From an uncultured bacterium (GTDB taxonomy: Bacteria; Patescibacteriota; Minisyncoccia; Phycocordibacterales; UBA2100): DNA of 64,000 bases. The translations under genes were made by a program, and so were the position numbers. Of this stretch, positions 16,637 to 26,124 are shown piece after piece (position 1 is the stretch's first letter; each line of letters opens with the position of its first letter). Under the pieces are notes generated by a model. It saw only the letters and a list, made by a program, of their open reading frames with translations, searched no databases and was not told where the DNA came from. Where the stretch lies: positions 1,059 through 65,058 of the forward strand of contig CAIOKC010000029.1 in the NCBI GenBank assembly GCA_903858755.1, written 5' to 3'.

Positions 16637-18082
16637 ATGGAGCGGAACACTATCCTCGTGACGGGCGGCGCTGGTCTCGTGGGCACGAATCTGTGCCGGC
16701 GGCTGCTGGAGCACGGCTGCCGCGTGATCTCACTCGACAACTACTTTGCCGGTTCGCGAGACAATCATATCGCAGGCGTCGAATATCGGGAGGGACACAC
16801 GAAAGATATCGCGCGCCATATCCCGGAGACGCCGGATATCATCTATCACCTCGGGGAATATTCGCGCGTCGAGCAGAGCCTCCTTGAGCCTGACGTAGTC
16901 CACGATCTCAATGTCGTCGGCACGGCAGCCGTGGTGGAATTCTGGAAAGAAAAGAAGTGCAAGCTGGTCTATGCCGGTTCGTCCACGAAATTCGGCGATG
17001 GAGGGCTCGCGCGGAGCGCGACGCCGTATGCCGCATCGAAGGCGGCGAATACCGAGCTGGTGAAAAAAGTCGGCGATGAGTTTCATCTCCCGTACGCGAT
17101 TACGTATTTTTACAATGTGTACGGTCCCGGAGAGCGCGCGGGGATTTATGGCACGCTCGTCGAGGCATTCAAGCAGATGTACCTGAGCGGCGCGCCGCTT
17201 GCAGTGACGTCCCCCGGCACTCAGCGGCGGAATTTCACGCATGTCGACGATATCGTGGACGCGCTCATCATGGTGGGAGACCGGGGTCAGGGAGACGAAT
17301 ACGGGCTCGGCAATGCGACGAGTTTTTCCGTGCTCGAGGTCGCGCACATGTTTGGCGGCTCCATAGTGATGCTGCCCGCGCGCGCGGGCAACCGCATGCA
17401 ATCGGCGCTCGACACGACGAAGATCAACGCGCTCGGGTGGAGACCGACGCGCACGCTCGATGGGTACATCCGCGAATTTCTTTCCAGTCATCCGCGCGGC
17501 GCGATGCGCGAGAAGCGCGTCCTCGTTTTCTCGACCACGTTTTACCCCACGGTCGGTCCCGCCGAAGAAGCGCTTCTTGAGCTCATGCGCAAAATGCCGG
17601 ATGTGCAGTTCGATGTCGTCACGAGCGCGTTCTCGCACGGTTCGGACGATGCGGCATGCCCGGTCGCGAATGCACATATCCACCGCGTTGGTTTCGGGTG
17701 GAAGGCGGATAAGTACCTTCTCCCCATCCTCGGCTATCACGTCGCGCGCCGGCTGCATGCGCGGCACTCGTACCTCTTTGCATGGTCGCTCATGGCGAGC
17801 TACGCCGCCGCGGCGGGCGCCGTCTTGAAGCGCACGACCAACCTTCCGCTTCTCATCACGCTCGCGGATCAGAATCTGCGCGACGTTTCGCATCTCGCGC
17901 GGCTCGTCCTCAGAGTGATTCTCACCGATGCGGACCAGGTGTACGGCGCCGCCTCGCAGGAGGAGCATGCGGCGAGTCTTTCGGGCAAGACCCTCCGGCA
18001 CTCAATGGGGGAGGGAGACGCTTTCGCCAACCAGCTCCGCTACGCGTATGCGGAAATACTTCTGAATCAAAAGAGCGCATGA
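16637..18082 (+). CDS. Fusion: UDP-glucuronate-decarboxylase-like SDR (UXS/NAD-dependent epimerase-dehydratase) + an extra GT4 N-terminal-domain copy
   Basis: Residues 1-~285 carry ILVTGGAGLVGTNL, DNYFAGSRDN and YAASK (extended SDR, UXS-like). Residues ~290-481 (KRVLVFSTTFYP...MRKMPDVQFDVVTSAF...HIHRVG) align with the N-domain of the next gene (KKVLILSLAYFP...ITDRMPDIEFHMITNRF...MVHRIG) but have no GT4 C-domain. Confidence 0.7.
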   Translation: MERNTILVTGGAGLVGTNLCRRLLEHGCRVISLDNYFAGSRDNHIAGVEYREGHTKDIARHIPETPDIIYHLGEYSRVEQSLLEPDVVHDLNVVGTAAVVEFWKEKKCKLVYAGSSTKFGDGGLARSATPYAASKAANTELVKKVGDEFHLPYAITYFYNVYGPGERAGIYGTLVEAFKQMYLSGAPLAVTSPGTQRRNFTHVDDIVDALIMVGDRGQGDEYGLGNATSFSVLEVAHMFGGSIVMLPARAGNRMQSALDTTKINALGWRPTRTLDGYIREFLSSHPRGAMREKRVLVFSTTFYPTVGPAEEALLELMRKMPDVQFDVVTSAFSHGSDDAACPVANAHIHRVGFGWKADKYLLPILGYHVARRLHARHSYLFAWSLMASYAAAAGAVLKRTTNLPLLITLADQNLRDVSHLARLVLRVILTDADQVYGAASQEEHAASLSGKTLRHSMGEGDAFANQLRYAYAEILLNQKSA

Positions 18083-19287
18083 AAAAAGTTCTCATACTCT
18101 CGCTCGCTTATTTCCCGAAGCATGTCGGCGGCGCCGAAGTGTCCATCAAGGAAATAACCGACCGCATGCCCGATATCGAATTTCACATGATAACCAATCG
18201 GTTTGATTCGACGCTGCCGCACGTCGAAAAGGTGGGCAACGTGATGGTGCATCGCATCGGCATCACGACCAAAAATCCGAGCATGGCAGATCTCAAAAAG
18301 CTGCCGCTCAACGTCAATAAGCTGCTGTACCAATTCCTCGCCGCGTGGCACGCGCTCCGACTCCACCGCGTGCATCGCTTCGACGCGCTGTGGGCGATGA
18401 TGGCGCACTCGACCGGAGTGCCTGCAGCGATCGTGAAGATGCTGCATCCGGAGATCGGCTACGTGCTCAATTTGCAAGAAGGAGATCCGACGGAATACAT
18501 CGAGAAAAAGATGCGCCCGCTCTGGCCCCTTTTCACGCGCGCCTTTACGAAAGCCGACATCATTCAGCCGCTTTCGACCTTCCTCGCGAAGTGGGCACGC
18601 GCTCGCGGCTTCATCGGACCTATCGAGATCATTCCGAATGCGGTCGCGGCGGAGCATTTTTCGCAGGAGTATCCTCCCGCGACCATTGATCGCATTCGCG
18701 ACGAGCTGGGGAAGGGCATGGGCGACGTCTTTCTCATCACCACGTCGCGGCTTGTCCACAAGAATGCGGTCGACGACTGCATCCGTGCGCTCTCGCTCCT
18801 CCCGCCACAGGTGCACTTCATCGTCCTTGGTACCGGACCCGACGAGGAGAAGCTCCGCACTCTAGCAGCAAGGTCCGACCTTGCTGGTCGGGTGCGTTTC
18901 GTCGGTCATATCGGGCATGCCGATATGCCGAAATACCTCAAAGCGAGCGACATTTTCATTCGCCCGAGCCGCTCGGAAGGATTTGGCGCCTCATTCGCCG
19001 AGGCGATGGCGGCAGGTCTCCCCGTCATTGCGACGCAAGAGGGCGGCATCGCGGATTTCCTTTTCGACGAGAAGCGAGATCCCGGTAAGCCCATCACCGG
19101 TTTTGCAGTCGACAAAGATTCACCTGACCAGATCGCAGAGCAAGTGAGAAACATCATGCATCACCCCGAGAAAGTGCGCGCCGTTGTCGCGACCGCGAAA
19201 GCGATGGTCGAGGAGAAATACGATTGGGATATTATCGCGCGTGATATGCGAGAAAGAGTATTTGCGCGCCTTCTGCACGAGGTATGA
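18079..19287 (+). CDS. GT4 glycosyltransferase
   Basis: Start ATG 18079 (ATGA overlap with the upstream stop). Full N- and C-domains with SEGFGASFAEAMAAGLPVIATQEGG. Contains an in-frame copy of the REP3 palindrome at 18867-18885. Confidence 0.8.
   Translation: MKKVLILSLAYFPKHVGGAEVSIKEITDRMPDIEFHMITNRFDSTLPHVEKVGNVMVHRIGITTKNPSMADLKKLPLNVNKLLYQFLAAWHALRLHRVHRFDALWAMMAHSTGVPAAIVKMLHPEIGYVLNLQEGDPTEYIEKKMRPLWPLFTRAFTKADIIQPLSTFLAKWARARGFIGPIEIIPNAVAAEHFSQEYPPATIDRIRDELGKGMGDVFLITTSRLVHKNAVDDCIRALSLLPPQVHFIVLGTGPDEEKLRTLAARSDLAGRVRFVGHIGHADMPKYLKASDIFIRPSRSEGFGASFAEAMAAGLPVIATQEGGIADFLFDEKRDPGKPITGFAVDKDSPDQIAEQVRNIMHHPEKVRAVVATAKAMVEEKYDWDIIARDMRERVFARLLHEV
18867..18885. repeat. REP3-type palindrome AGCAAGGTC-C-GACCTTGCT inside the GT4 coding sequence
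   Basis: Exact 19-nt match to the palindromes flanking the RAYT gene at 56072..56752. Here it encodes AARSDLAG within the GT4 ORF. Confidence 0.6.
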
Positions 19288-20378
19288 CCCATATCGTCAT
19301 CGCGACAGGATTGTATCCTCCGGAAATCGGCGGACCCGCGACCTTTGCTTCTTTGTTTGAGAAAGGTCTTGCGAAGCACTCGATGGCGCATACGACCATT
19401 CCTTTTTCCTCGGTGCGGTACCTTCCGAAGCTTGTGCGGCATGTGGCGTACGGATGGCGTGTGTATCGCGCTGCCTCGAGCGACAGCATCGTGCTCGCCC
19501 TCGATCCTGTGTCGGTGGGACTGCCGTCGCTTCTCGCGGCGCGCGCGCGAGGGGCTCGCTTCTTCCTTCGCGTCGGCGGCGATTATGCATGGGAACAGGC
19601 GACGCAGCGCTCATGCTACGACGACGTACCGGAATCTTTTCCCGGCGATGTACATGCCCTTCCGCTTCCCGCTCGCATCATGTACGCGGTGCAGCGGTAC
19701 GTCGCGGTGCGCGCCGAGCGCGTCTTGGTGCAAAGCACTTCGCTCGGCGCGATTGTCGCCGCGTGGGGCGTTGCCGCGAGCCGTATTTCGGTTGTCCCGA
19801 ACGGCATGAGCGCCGTCGCACTGCCCGATCGGGAAGCACTGCGGGCACGCTATGGGTGGCACGGTCCGGTCGTGGTAAGTAGCGGGCGCTTTGTGCCTTG
19901 GAAGGGGTTTGAAGCGCTCATCGATGCGGTGAAAAGCCTCGGTGATATTCCCGACCTGCATCTTGTCATCATCGGAGGCGGTCCGCTCGAGCGCGAGCTT
20001 CGCTCAAGAGCCGATGGCGCGGTGGAATTCATACCTCCGCTCCCCAAAAGCGAGCTGCTTTCCATGATCTCTGCCGCCGATGTGTTTGCACTCAATACTC
20101 GCTACGAGGGCTTCTCGCACCAAATACTCGAAGCGATGAGCGTCGGCACGCCGGTCGTCACGACCGCGATTCCCGGAAACGCCGATCTTGTCGTGGGGGA
20201 GACCGCGCTTTCAGTGCCATGGAATGACACTCGCGCGCTTGCGGATTCGGTGCGGCGCGTCATCGAGGATCCGGCACTCGCGCGCTCGCTCTCCCTTCGC
20301 GCCCGTGCGCACGCGGAGCAATTCACCCCCGAGCGCACCTTCCGCGAGTCTTGCGCGGCGCTCGGAATCTCGGTGTAG
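19284..20378 (+). CDS. GT4 glycosyltransferase
   Basis: ATGA start/stop overlap with the upstream gene. YEGFSHQILEAMSVGTPVVTT E-x7-E motif. Confidence 0.75.
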   Translation: MTHIVIATGLYPPEIGGPATFASLFEKGLAKHSMAHTTIPFSSVRYLPKLVRHVAYGWRVYRAASSDSIVLALDPVSVGLPSLLAARARGARFFLRVGGDYAWEQATQRSCYDDVPESFPGDVHALPLPARIMYAVQRYVAVRAERVLVQSTSLGAIVAAWGVAASRISVVPNGMSAVALPDREALRARYGWHGPVVVSSGRFVPWKGFEALIDAVKSLGDIPDLHLVIIGGGPLERELRSRADGAVEFIPPLPKSELLSMISAADVFALNTRYEGFSHQILEAMSVGTPVVTTAIPGNADLVVGETALSVPWNDTRALADSVRRVIEDPALARSLSLRARAHAEQFTPERTFRESCAALGISV

Positions 20379-20419
20379 GTTTTCTTGAAAAGCACCCATA
20401 AAGCGGCTACACTGCGCGC

Positions 20420-22381
20420 ATGCGGGTCCTCTCCATCTCCACCGACTGGAACGTATTTGACGAAAACAGCGTCGTCGCTCGGCGACAGCGGATGCAAGCC
20501 TCGACTCTTGAGCGGCTTGAGGTCTTCGTGCCGCATGGTCCGAAAGCGCTTGTCCACCTTGCGCCGAATGCCACCATGCGCGGTTTTGGTCTTGGCAAAG
20601 TGCTCGGCACGCCGCGCAGTATGCTCGCGGCGATGCGGATCCCGCGCCCTGATGTCGTATCCGTCCAGGATCCGTTTTTGATCGGTCTCATCGGTCTTTG
20701 TATCGCGCGTCTGCGGGGCTCGAAGCTGCATGTGCAGATTCACACGGATCCTTTCGACCCGAAGTTTGCCGCGCATTCGCTCACGAATCGCTTCTATGTG
20801 CTTCTCGCGCGCTTCGTCCTCTCGCAAGCGGATGCGGTGCGCGTCGTGTCGGAGAGAATCAAAAAGACGCTCGCGCCGCTTGCGCTCACGGTGCCGGTGT
20901 CGGTGCTGCCGATTTTCATCGATCGCGACGCGATCGCGCGCGCAAAACCGCTCGACAAGAAAAAAGAGTTTCCCGATTTCCAGAAAATCGTCCTCGTCGT
21001 ATCGCGGCTTGAGCCCGAGAAACAGGTCGGGGCGGCGATCCGCGCGTTTGCAGAGATCGTGAAGGCGCAGCCGGGCGCGGGACTCGTCGTCGTCGGCGAT
21101 GGCAGCGAATCCGCGGCATTGCGCTCACTCGCTCGATCCCTCGGCGTCGAGAAGCGCGCGGTATTTGCCGGAGCACGCGATCCTTTTCCTTTCTACAAGA
21201 CCGCCGACGTCCTCCTTCTCACATCTGATTTCGAAGGGTACGGCATGGTCATTGTCGAAGCTCTCGCTGCGGGGTGCCCGGTCGTCTCATATGATGTCGG
21301 CGTCGCTCCCGAAGCGGGCGCGATCATCGCTGCTCCGGAGGACCTCGCTCGCGTCGCCTCCGCGACGCTTTCGGAAGGTCGCCGCGGCGTCCTTGCACTC
21401 GAACTTCCAGATGAAATCACCTACCGCGATATGTGGCGCTCTGAGATCGGTTCGGCTCTCGCGGGAGAGATGCAAGCCGCCGCTTCGGAGAGAAGCGCCG
21501 CCGCTCTCATCGGATATATCGGACAGGGCTTTATCGGGAAGAATTATGCGGACGATCTCGAGCGGCGAGGATTCACCGTGGTGCGCTACGCGCTCGAGGA
21601 GCCGTACCGCGCCAATAAAGAAAAGATACGCGAGTGCGACATCGTATTCATCGCCGTGCCGACCCCGACGACTCCCGAGAGATTTGACGATTCGATCGTA
21701 CGGAGCGCGCTTGGCTTGGTGGGGAAAGGCAAGACGGCGGTCGTCAAGTCGACGATGCTTCCGGGTAAGACGGAGGAGCTTCAGCGCGCATTCCCCGGCA
21801 TATTCGTTTTCCATTCGCCCGAATTTTTGCGCGAAGCAACCGCCGCATATGATGCAGCGCATCCGGATCGCAATATCGTCGGCATTCCAGAAGATACTCC
21901 CGAAGCGCGCGTGCGCGCGGAAAAGGTCCTCGATGTCCTTCCGTATGCGCCCTTCCGCCTCGTGTGCTCATCTCTCGAAGCGGAGTTTGTGAAGTATGCC
22001 GGCAATAGCTGGCTTTTTACGAAGGTGGTGTACATCAACATGATGTACGACCTTGTGGCAAAGCTCGGTGCGAGATACGAGGTCGTGCGCGATGCGCTCG
22101 CGGCGGATCCGCGTATCGGTCGCAGCCACCTTGATCCGATACACCAGAGCGGGCACGGAGGGAAGCCGGGTCGCGGTGCCGGCGGGCACTGCCTCATCAA
22201 AGACTTCGAGGCGCTCCGGAGATTGTATGAGCGCGAGGTCGGGGACGCCTTCGGCGCGAACGCGCTTGATGCGCTTGCGGCAAAAAATATCGATTTGCTC
22301 TTGCAGAGCGGGAAGGATCTCGACCTCCTGAAGGGAGTCTATGGGTCTCCCGAGAGCGAACGAGACCGACTCTGTCGATAG
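20420..22381 (+). CDS. Fusion: GT4 glycosyltransferase + truncated UDP-glucose-6-dehydrogenase-like domain
   Basis: Residues 1-~350 are GT4 (FEGYGMVIVEALAAGCPVVSYDVG). From ~365 there is IGYIGQGFIGKN (Rossmann), FHSPEFLREATAAYDAAHPDRNIVG and GGHCLIKD, the UGDH/NDP-sugar-dehydrogenase catalytic-Cys motif. The C-terminal UDP-binding domain of canonical UGDH appears absent. Confidence 0.65.
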   Translation: MRVLSISTDWNVFDENSVVARRQRMQASTLERLEVFVPHGPKALVHLAPNATMRGFGLGKVLGTPRSMLAAMRIPRPDVVSVQDPFLIGLIGLCIARLRGSKLHVQIHTDPFDPKFAAHSLTNRFYVLLARFVLSQADAVRVVSERIKKTLAPLALTVPVSVLPIFIDRDAIARAKPLDKKKEFPDFQKIVLVVSRLEPEKQVGAAIRAFAEIVKAQPGAGLVVVGDGSESAALRSLARSLGVEKRAVFAGARDPFPFYKTADVLLLTSDFEGYGMVIVEALAAGCPVVSYDVGVAPEAGAIIAAPEDLARVASATLSEGRRGVLALELPDEITYRDMWRSEIGSALAGEMQAAASERSAAALIGYIGQGFIGKNYADDLERRGFTVVRYALEEPYRANKEKIRECDIVFIAVPTPTTPERFDDSIVRSALGLVGKGKTAVVKSTMLPGKTEELQRAFPGIFVFHSPEFLREATAAYDAAHPDRNIVGIPEDTPEARVRAEKVLDVLPYAPFRLVCSSLEAEFVKYAGNSWLFTKVVYINMMYDLVAKLGARYEVVRDALAADPRIGRSHLDPIHQSGHGGKPGRGAGGHCLIKDFEALRRLYEREVGDAFGANALDALAAKNIDLLLQSGKDLDLLKGVYGSPESERDRLCR

Positions 22382-22384
22382 CAC

Positions 22385-23407
22385 ATGAAGCTTCTCGTAC
22401 TCACACAGGCGATCGATACCGACGACCCGGCACTCGGGTTTTTCCATTCGTGGGTGGCGGAGCTCTCGAGGCATTTTTCCTCCATTGTCGTCGTTTGTCT
22501 GAAAGAAGGCGCACACGCGCTCCCCTCGAACGTCCGCGTGCTCTCGCTCGGAAAAGAGAGGAGCGCATCGCGCGCCATGTATCTCCTCCGCCTTTTCTCA
22601 TACGCGTGGAACGAACGAAAGGGCTACGACGCGGTATTTGTGCACCAAAACCAAGAATATGTCCTCCTCGTAGGGCTTCTCTGGAAGTCGCTCGGGAAAC
22701 AGATATTCATGTGGCGTAATCACTATGCAGGCTCGATTCTCACGTCTATCGCGGGCATGTTTTGCGCGAAGGTCTTTTACACATCGAAGCACTCGTACAC
22801 CGCGCGCCTCTCGAATGCGGTGCAAATGCCGGTCGGCGTAGACACCGATGTGTTTAAGCCGGGCGGGGATCGCGCTCCGCGCTCGATTCTTTTCCTCGGG
22901 CGCATAGCTCCCTCAAAGCACCCCGATGTGCTCGTCGAAGCTCTCGGGCTTTTGCATACTCGCGGCGTGGATTTTACCGCGTCGCTCTACGGTCCGACGC
23001 TCCCCAAAGACGAGTCGTATCGAGCGGCTCTCTCGCGAAGGATCCGGGAGCTCGGTCTCGCGTCCAAGGTGTCGCTTCATGAGGGCGTGCAGCATTCGGA
23101 GACATCGAGGCTCTACGCGTCGCACGAGGTATTCGTGAATCTCTCGGAATCCGGCATGTACGACAAGACGCTCTTCGAAGCTGCGGCGAGCGGCTGTATC
23201 GTCGTTTCCCGAAGCGACGATTTCGCGCATGCGTTCAGCGAATGCTTCACCTTCGACGGCTCCGCGGAATCTCTCGCAGATGCGCTTGAGGAAGGTATCC
23301 GTATGCCGGCAGCCGAAGGGGAGGAGGTGTTCCGCGCGCTCCGCGCGGTAGCGGAATCCAATAGTCTGCGCGCGCTCGGCGACCGGCTTGCGGAGGAAAT
23401 CGTATGA
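22385..23407 (+). CDS. GT4-like glycosyltransferase
   Basis: 340 aa. The C-terminal HEVFVNLSESGMYDKTLFEAAASGCIVVS is a GT4 motif. Confidence 0.6.
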   Translation: MKLLVLTQAIDTDDPALGFFHSWVAELSRHFSSIVVVCLKEGAHALPSNVRVLSLGKERSASRAMYLLRLFSYAWNERKGYDAVFVHQNQEYVLLVGLLWKSLGKQIFMWRNHYAGSILTSIAGMFCAKVFYTSKHSYTARLSNAVQMPVGVDTDVFKPGGDRAPRSILFLGRIAPSKHPDVLVEALGLLHTRGVDFTASLYGPTLPKDESYRAALSRRIRELGLASKVSLHEGVQHSETSRLYASHEVFVNLSESGMYDKTLFEAAASGCIVVSRSDDFAHAFSECFTFDGSAESLADALEEGIRMPAAEGEEVFRALRAVAESNSLRALGDRLAEEIV

Positions 23408-24189
23408 GCGAGAAGATTCCATGCACAGTCGCGATTCTTACCAGAAATTCAGCCGGTACGCTGGCGCGCGCCCTCGAAGGGGTGAAAGATTTCTCAGACA
23501 TCATCGTGTGTGATGGCGCTTCGACAGATGCGACACTCGATATCGCGCAAAGGTACGGTGCAAACGCCATCCTGCAGAGTCAGGCATTTCTTGACGAGAC
23601 AGGTCGCATAAAGGATTTCGCCGGCATACGCAATCAGACGCTTGCGGCGGCGAAGGAGCAGTGGTTCTTTTTTCTTGACGCAGACGAGTACGTCCTTCCT
23701 CGGTTTGCAGATGCCCTTCGGGAGGTTATCCGAGACAGCGCATATGCGTACTGGGTGCCACGCAAATACGTCCTAGCGGGTGCGATTATTGATCGCTCGG
23801 TTGGTTATCCTAATCGTCAGATGCGCCTCTTTCACCGGACATGCGTTTCCGGATTCAGAAAACCAGTGCATGAAAAGGTCGTTTTGAAAGAATCGTCCTT
23901 GATGAAAGAGTTTCCGGAGCCGATCTTGGTGCCAATAGAAAGTTCTATCGAAGATCAGCGCACCAAGAACGCTCGGTATGTCGCGATCGAATTGAAGCGA
24001 CTGGCTCCCCTTACGTTTGCTGTGCGCGCTCGTATCGTCATGCATGCCGCAAAAATCGTGATGCTCTATATGGCGCGCATTGTTCGCGACACGCTCCCGC
24101 CGTATCGAGGGGCGCGTATGCCACTTCGCCGAGATCTTGAGGCAATTCGGTATCAGTGTGTTCTCGCGTGGGGCGCTTGTACGGCATGA
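23404..24189 (+). CDS. GT2 glycosyltransferase
   Basis: CTVAILTRNSAGTLARALEGV...DIIVCDGASTDAT...FFLDADE (DxD). 4-nt overlaps with both neighbours. Confidence 0.7.
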   Translation: MSEKIPCTVAILTRNSAGTLARALEGVKDFSDIIVCDGASTDATLDIAQRYGANAILQSQAFLDETGRIKDFAGIRNQTLAAAKEQWFFFLDADEYVLPRFADALREVIRDSAYAYWVPRKYVLAGAIIDRSVGYPNRQMRLFHRTCVSGFRKPVHEKVVLKESSLMKEFPEPILVPIESSIEDQRTKNARYVAIELKRLAPLTFAVRARIVMHAAKIVMLYMARIVRDTLPPYRGARMPLRRDLEAIRYQCVLAWGACTA

Positions 24190-25253
24190 AAGTAGTCGTG
24201 ATGCACCAGAATATGCGGATAGGCGGTATACAACGTCTGATTGCGGACGGTGTAAACGAAATGCACCGACGAGGCATTGAAGTGTGGGTGGTATTTTTTG
24301 AACCCGAGGAAGGGGGCTCTCTTGTGCCGACGCTCCATATCCCGCGAGACCATATCGTATATATCCCATACGGGCGCATGCGCGAAGCGCGACGCTTCTT
24401 CGTGCTTGTCCGTTTTCTGTACACGCTGAAGCCGGATGTACTCTTTACGCACCACTGGTTTGCTAATACGGTTGGGCGACTGGCAGGGTTGATTGCAGGA
24501 GTGCGAGTGATTCCCTTCGAACACAGCGATTATTCCTCACGCTATTCGCAGAAACAACTCTTGCTGGATCGAGCCTTGCAATCGATCTCTTCTCGTATAG
24601 TCGCGGTGTCGCAACCGGTACGAGATGCACTCATCTTGCGAGGTATACGGGGCAGTCGGATTGTTGTGATACCAAACGGGATCAGTCGGGAGCGTTTCGC
24701 GACGATACAAAAAAGGTCGCATCCCGTTTTCACGTTTTTGTTTATCGGAAGACTCATTCGCGATAAATGCGTTGCGGATATTCTGTATGCACTCGCGAGA
24801 GTGCCCCATGCCAGGCTTGTGGTCGTTGGTTCCGGGGAGGAGGAAGCTTCACTTCGCTCGCTTACGCAAACACTTCAGCTCACGGAGAGAGTTTCTTTTC
24901 TCGACGAGCGTCCCAATGTGGAAGATGAGCTGGCTGTCGTGGATTGCCTGGTGCTTCCATCGCGACGAGAAGGGTTCGGTCTCGTCGTGGTCGAGGCACT
25001 TGCCTCCGGCGTTCCCGCAATCGTGTCGGATACTGCGAATGCCTCCGGCGCAGTGAAAAATGGCGTGAATGGATTTGTGGTGCCTTCAGAGGATATCGAT
25101 GCACTTTCCGCAGCGATGGCGCGTATCGCCTCTCACGCAGAAGAACATAAGCTGCTTGCGGCGAGCGCTCGCGACAGTGTCGATCAGTTCTCAATTGAAA
25201 GGCATGTCGACCGCCTTCTTCTTTTGGCAGGAAACCGCGCGTGTCGGTATTGA
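24186..25253 (+). CDS. GT4 glycosyltransferase
   Basis: Start at ATG 24186 (MKVVVMHQNMRIGGIQR). REGFGLVVVEALASGVPAIVSD motif. Confidence 0.75.
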   Translation: MKVVVMHQNMRIGGIQRLIADGVNEMHRRGIEVWVVFFEPEEGGSLVPTLHIPRDHIVYIPYGRMREARRFFVLVRFLYTLKPDVLFTHHWFANTVGRLAGLIAGVRVIPFEHSDYSSRYSQKQLLLDRALQSISSRIVAVSQPVRDALILRGIRGSRIVVIPNGISRERFATIQKRSHPVFTFLFIGRLIRDKCVADILYALARVPHARLVVVGSGEEEASLRSLTQTLQLTERVSFLDERPNVEDELAVVDCLVLPSRREGFGLVVVEALASGVPAIVSDTANASGAVKNGVNGFVVPSEDIDALSAAMARIASHAEEHKLLAASARDSVDQFSIERHVDRLLLLAGNRACRY

Positions 25254-25277
25254 CGGAGGTGATACTTGTGTTATAAT
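25250..25277 (+). promoter_or_regulatory. Sigma70-type promoter candidate with extended -10
   Basis: TTGACG (25250-25255), 16-bp spacer, TGTTATAAT (25269-25277; TGn + perfect TATAAT). It is followed by GGAGAAAGGGGAG ~10 nt before ATG 25314. Confidence 0.5.
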
Positions 25278-25313
25278 GGAAATCGGCTAAACGGAGAAAG
25301 GGGAGTGTCGGTC

Positions 25314-26024
25314 ATGACCGATACGGAGTACTATCACAATCTTGCGGTCGCTCAGACCATGCTGCTCTCGGATACGAAGCCTCCGGGCACGTTTGACGCC
25401 CTGTACATTCCCGGTCTCAGCGTGGGAATGATCGAGTCAGGTAAATTGTTGCAGCATCTGTCGGAGCAGTACAGACGCTGTGGAAAACCTCTGATCGTGT
25501 TTAACGGCTCCGATGGAGAGCGCTTCTCGCACAATGAAGGAGGCGATCAAGATCGACCTATGGGCAAGGAGCCAGGTGCCGGCTGGTCTGGTAAATGGTA
25601 CTACTTTGAGCGACTGTGTGACCTTGGCGTGCCTCACTCTGCTCTGCAAATAACTGGACCTGGCTATCATACACGGCACGAAATGGCGCAGCTCGTCGCT
25701 GCCGCGAGGCAGTACGACTGGAAGTTGGTGGGCATTGTGACTGTCCCGTGGCATTACGCAAGCGTCTTTACAATGCTTGTGGATGCGATGAAGAAGAAAG
25801 ACCATTTCTTTGCCGCATATGCCATGCCGCCCGCGCATACTAATTGGCTGCAGCAAGGTATGGCGGGTTCGCAAGGACTCGAGAAAACGACTCCTGGCGC
25901 AGAAACGTCGAAGTATCTGGAAAAACTTGCCGGCTACCAAAAAGGCGGACGGGCATGTTCTTTCGGGGAGTTGTTCGATTACCTGCATCATCGGGAGGAT
26001 ATCGCGCGACAGGATGCCGCGTGA
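25314..26024 (+). CDS. DUF218/YdcF(ElyC)-like domain protein
   Basis: Start at ATG 25314 (MTDTEYYH) with an SD-like GGAG. GKPLIVFNGSDG...LVGIVTVPWHYASVF resembles the YdcF/ElyC envelope-biogenesis family. Weak. Confidence 0.4.
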   Translation: MTDTEYYHNLAVAQTMLLSDTKPPGTFDALYIPGLSVGMIESGKLLQHLSEQYRRCGKPLIVFNGSDGERFSHNEGGDQDRPMGKEPGAGWSGKWYYFERLCDLGVPHSALQITGPGYHTRHEMAQLVAAARQYDWKLVGIVTVPWHYASVFTMLVDAMKKKDHFFAAYAMPPAHTNWLQQGMAGSQGLEKTTPGAETSKYLEKLAGYQKGGRACSFGELFDYLHHREDIARQDAA

Positions 26025-26124
26025 TAATCCGCTACCGATCACGCAAGTCTTAAAAAGAGCCCGGCAGATCGCTGGGCTCTTTTATTGCACCTTACTGCGC
26101 ACAACGCTATGCTTGCGATACAGT

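Noticed and set aside
15273-18001. Long minus ORFs 15273..16433 and 16730..18001
   Set aside because: Antisense to the LTD and UXS-GT4 genes, with Arg-rich translations and no motifs.
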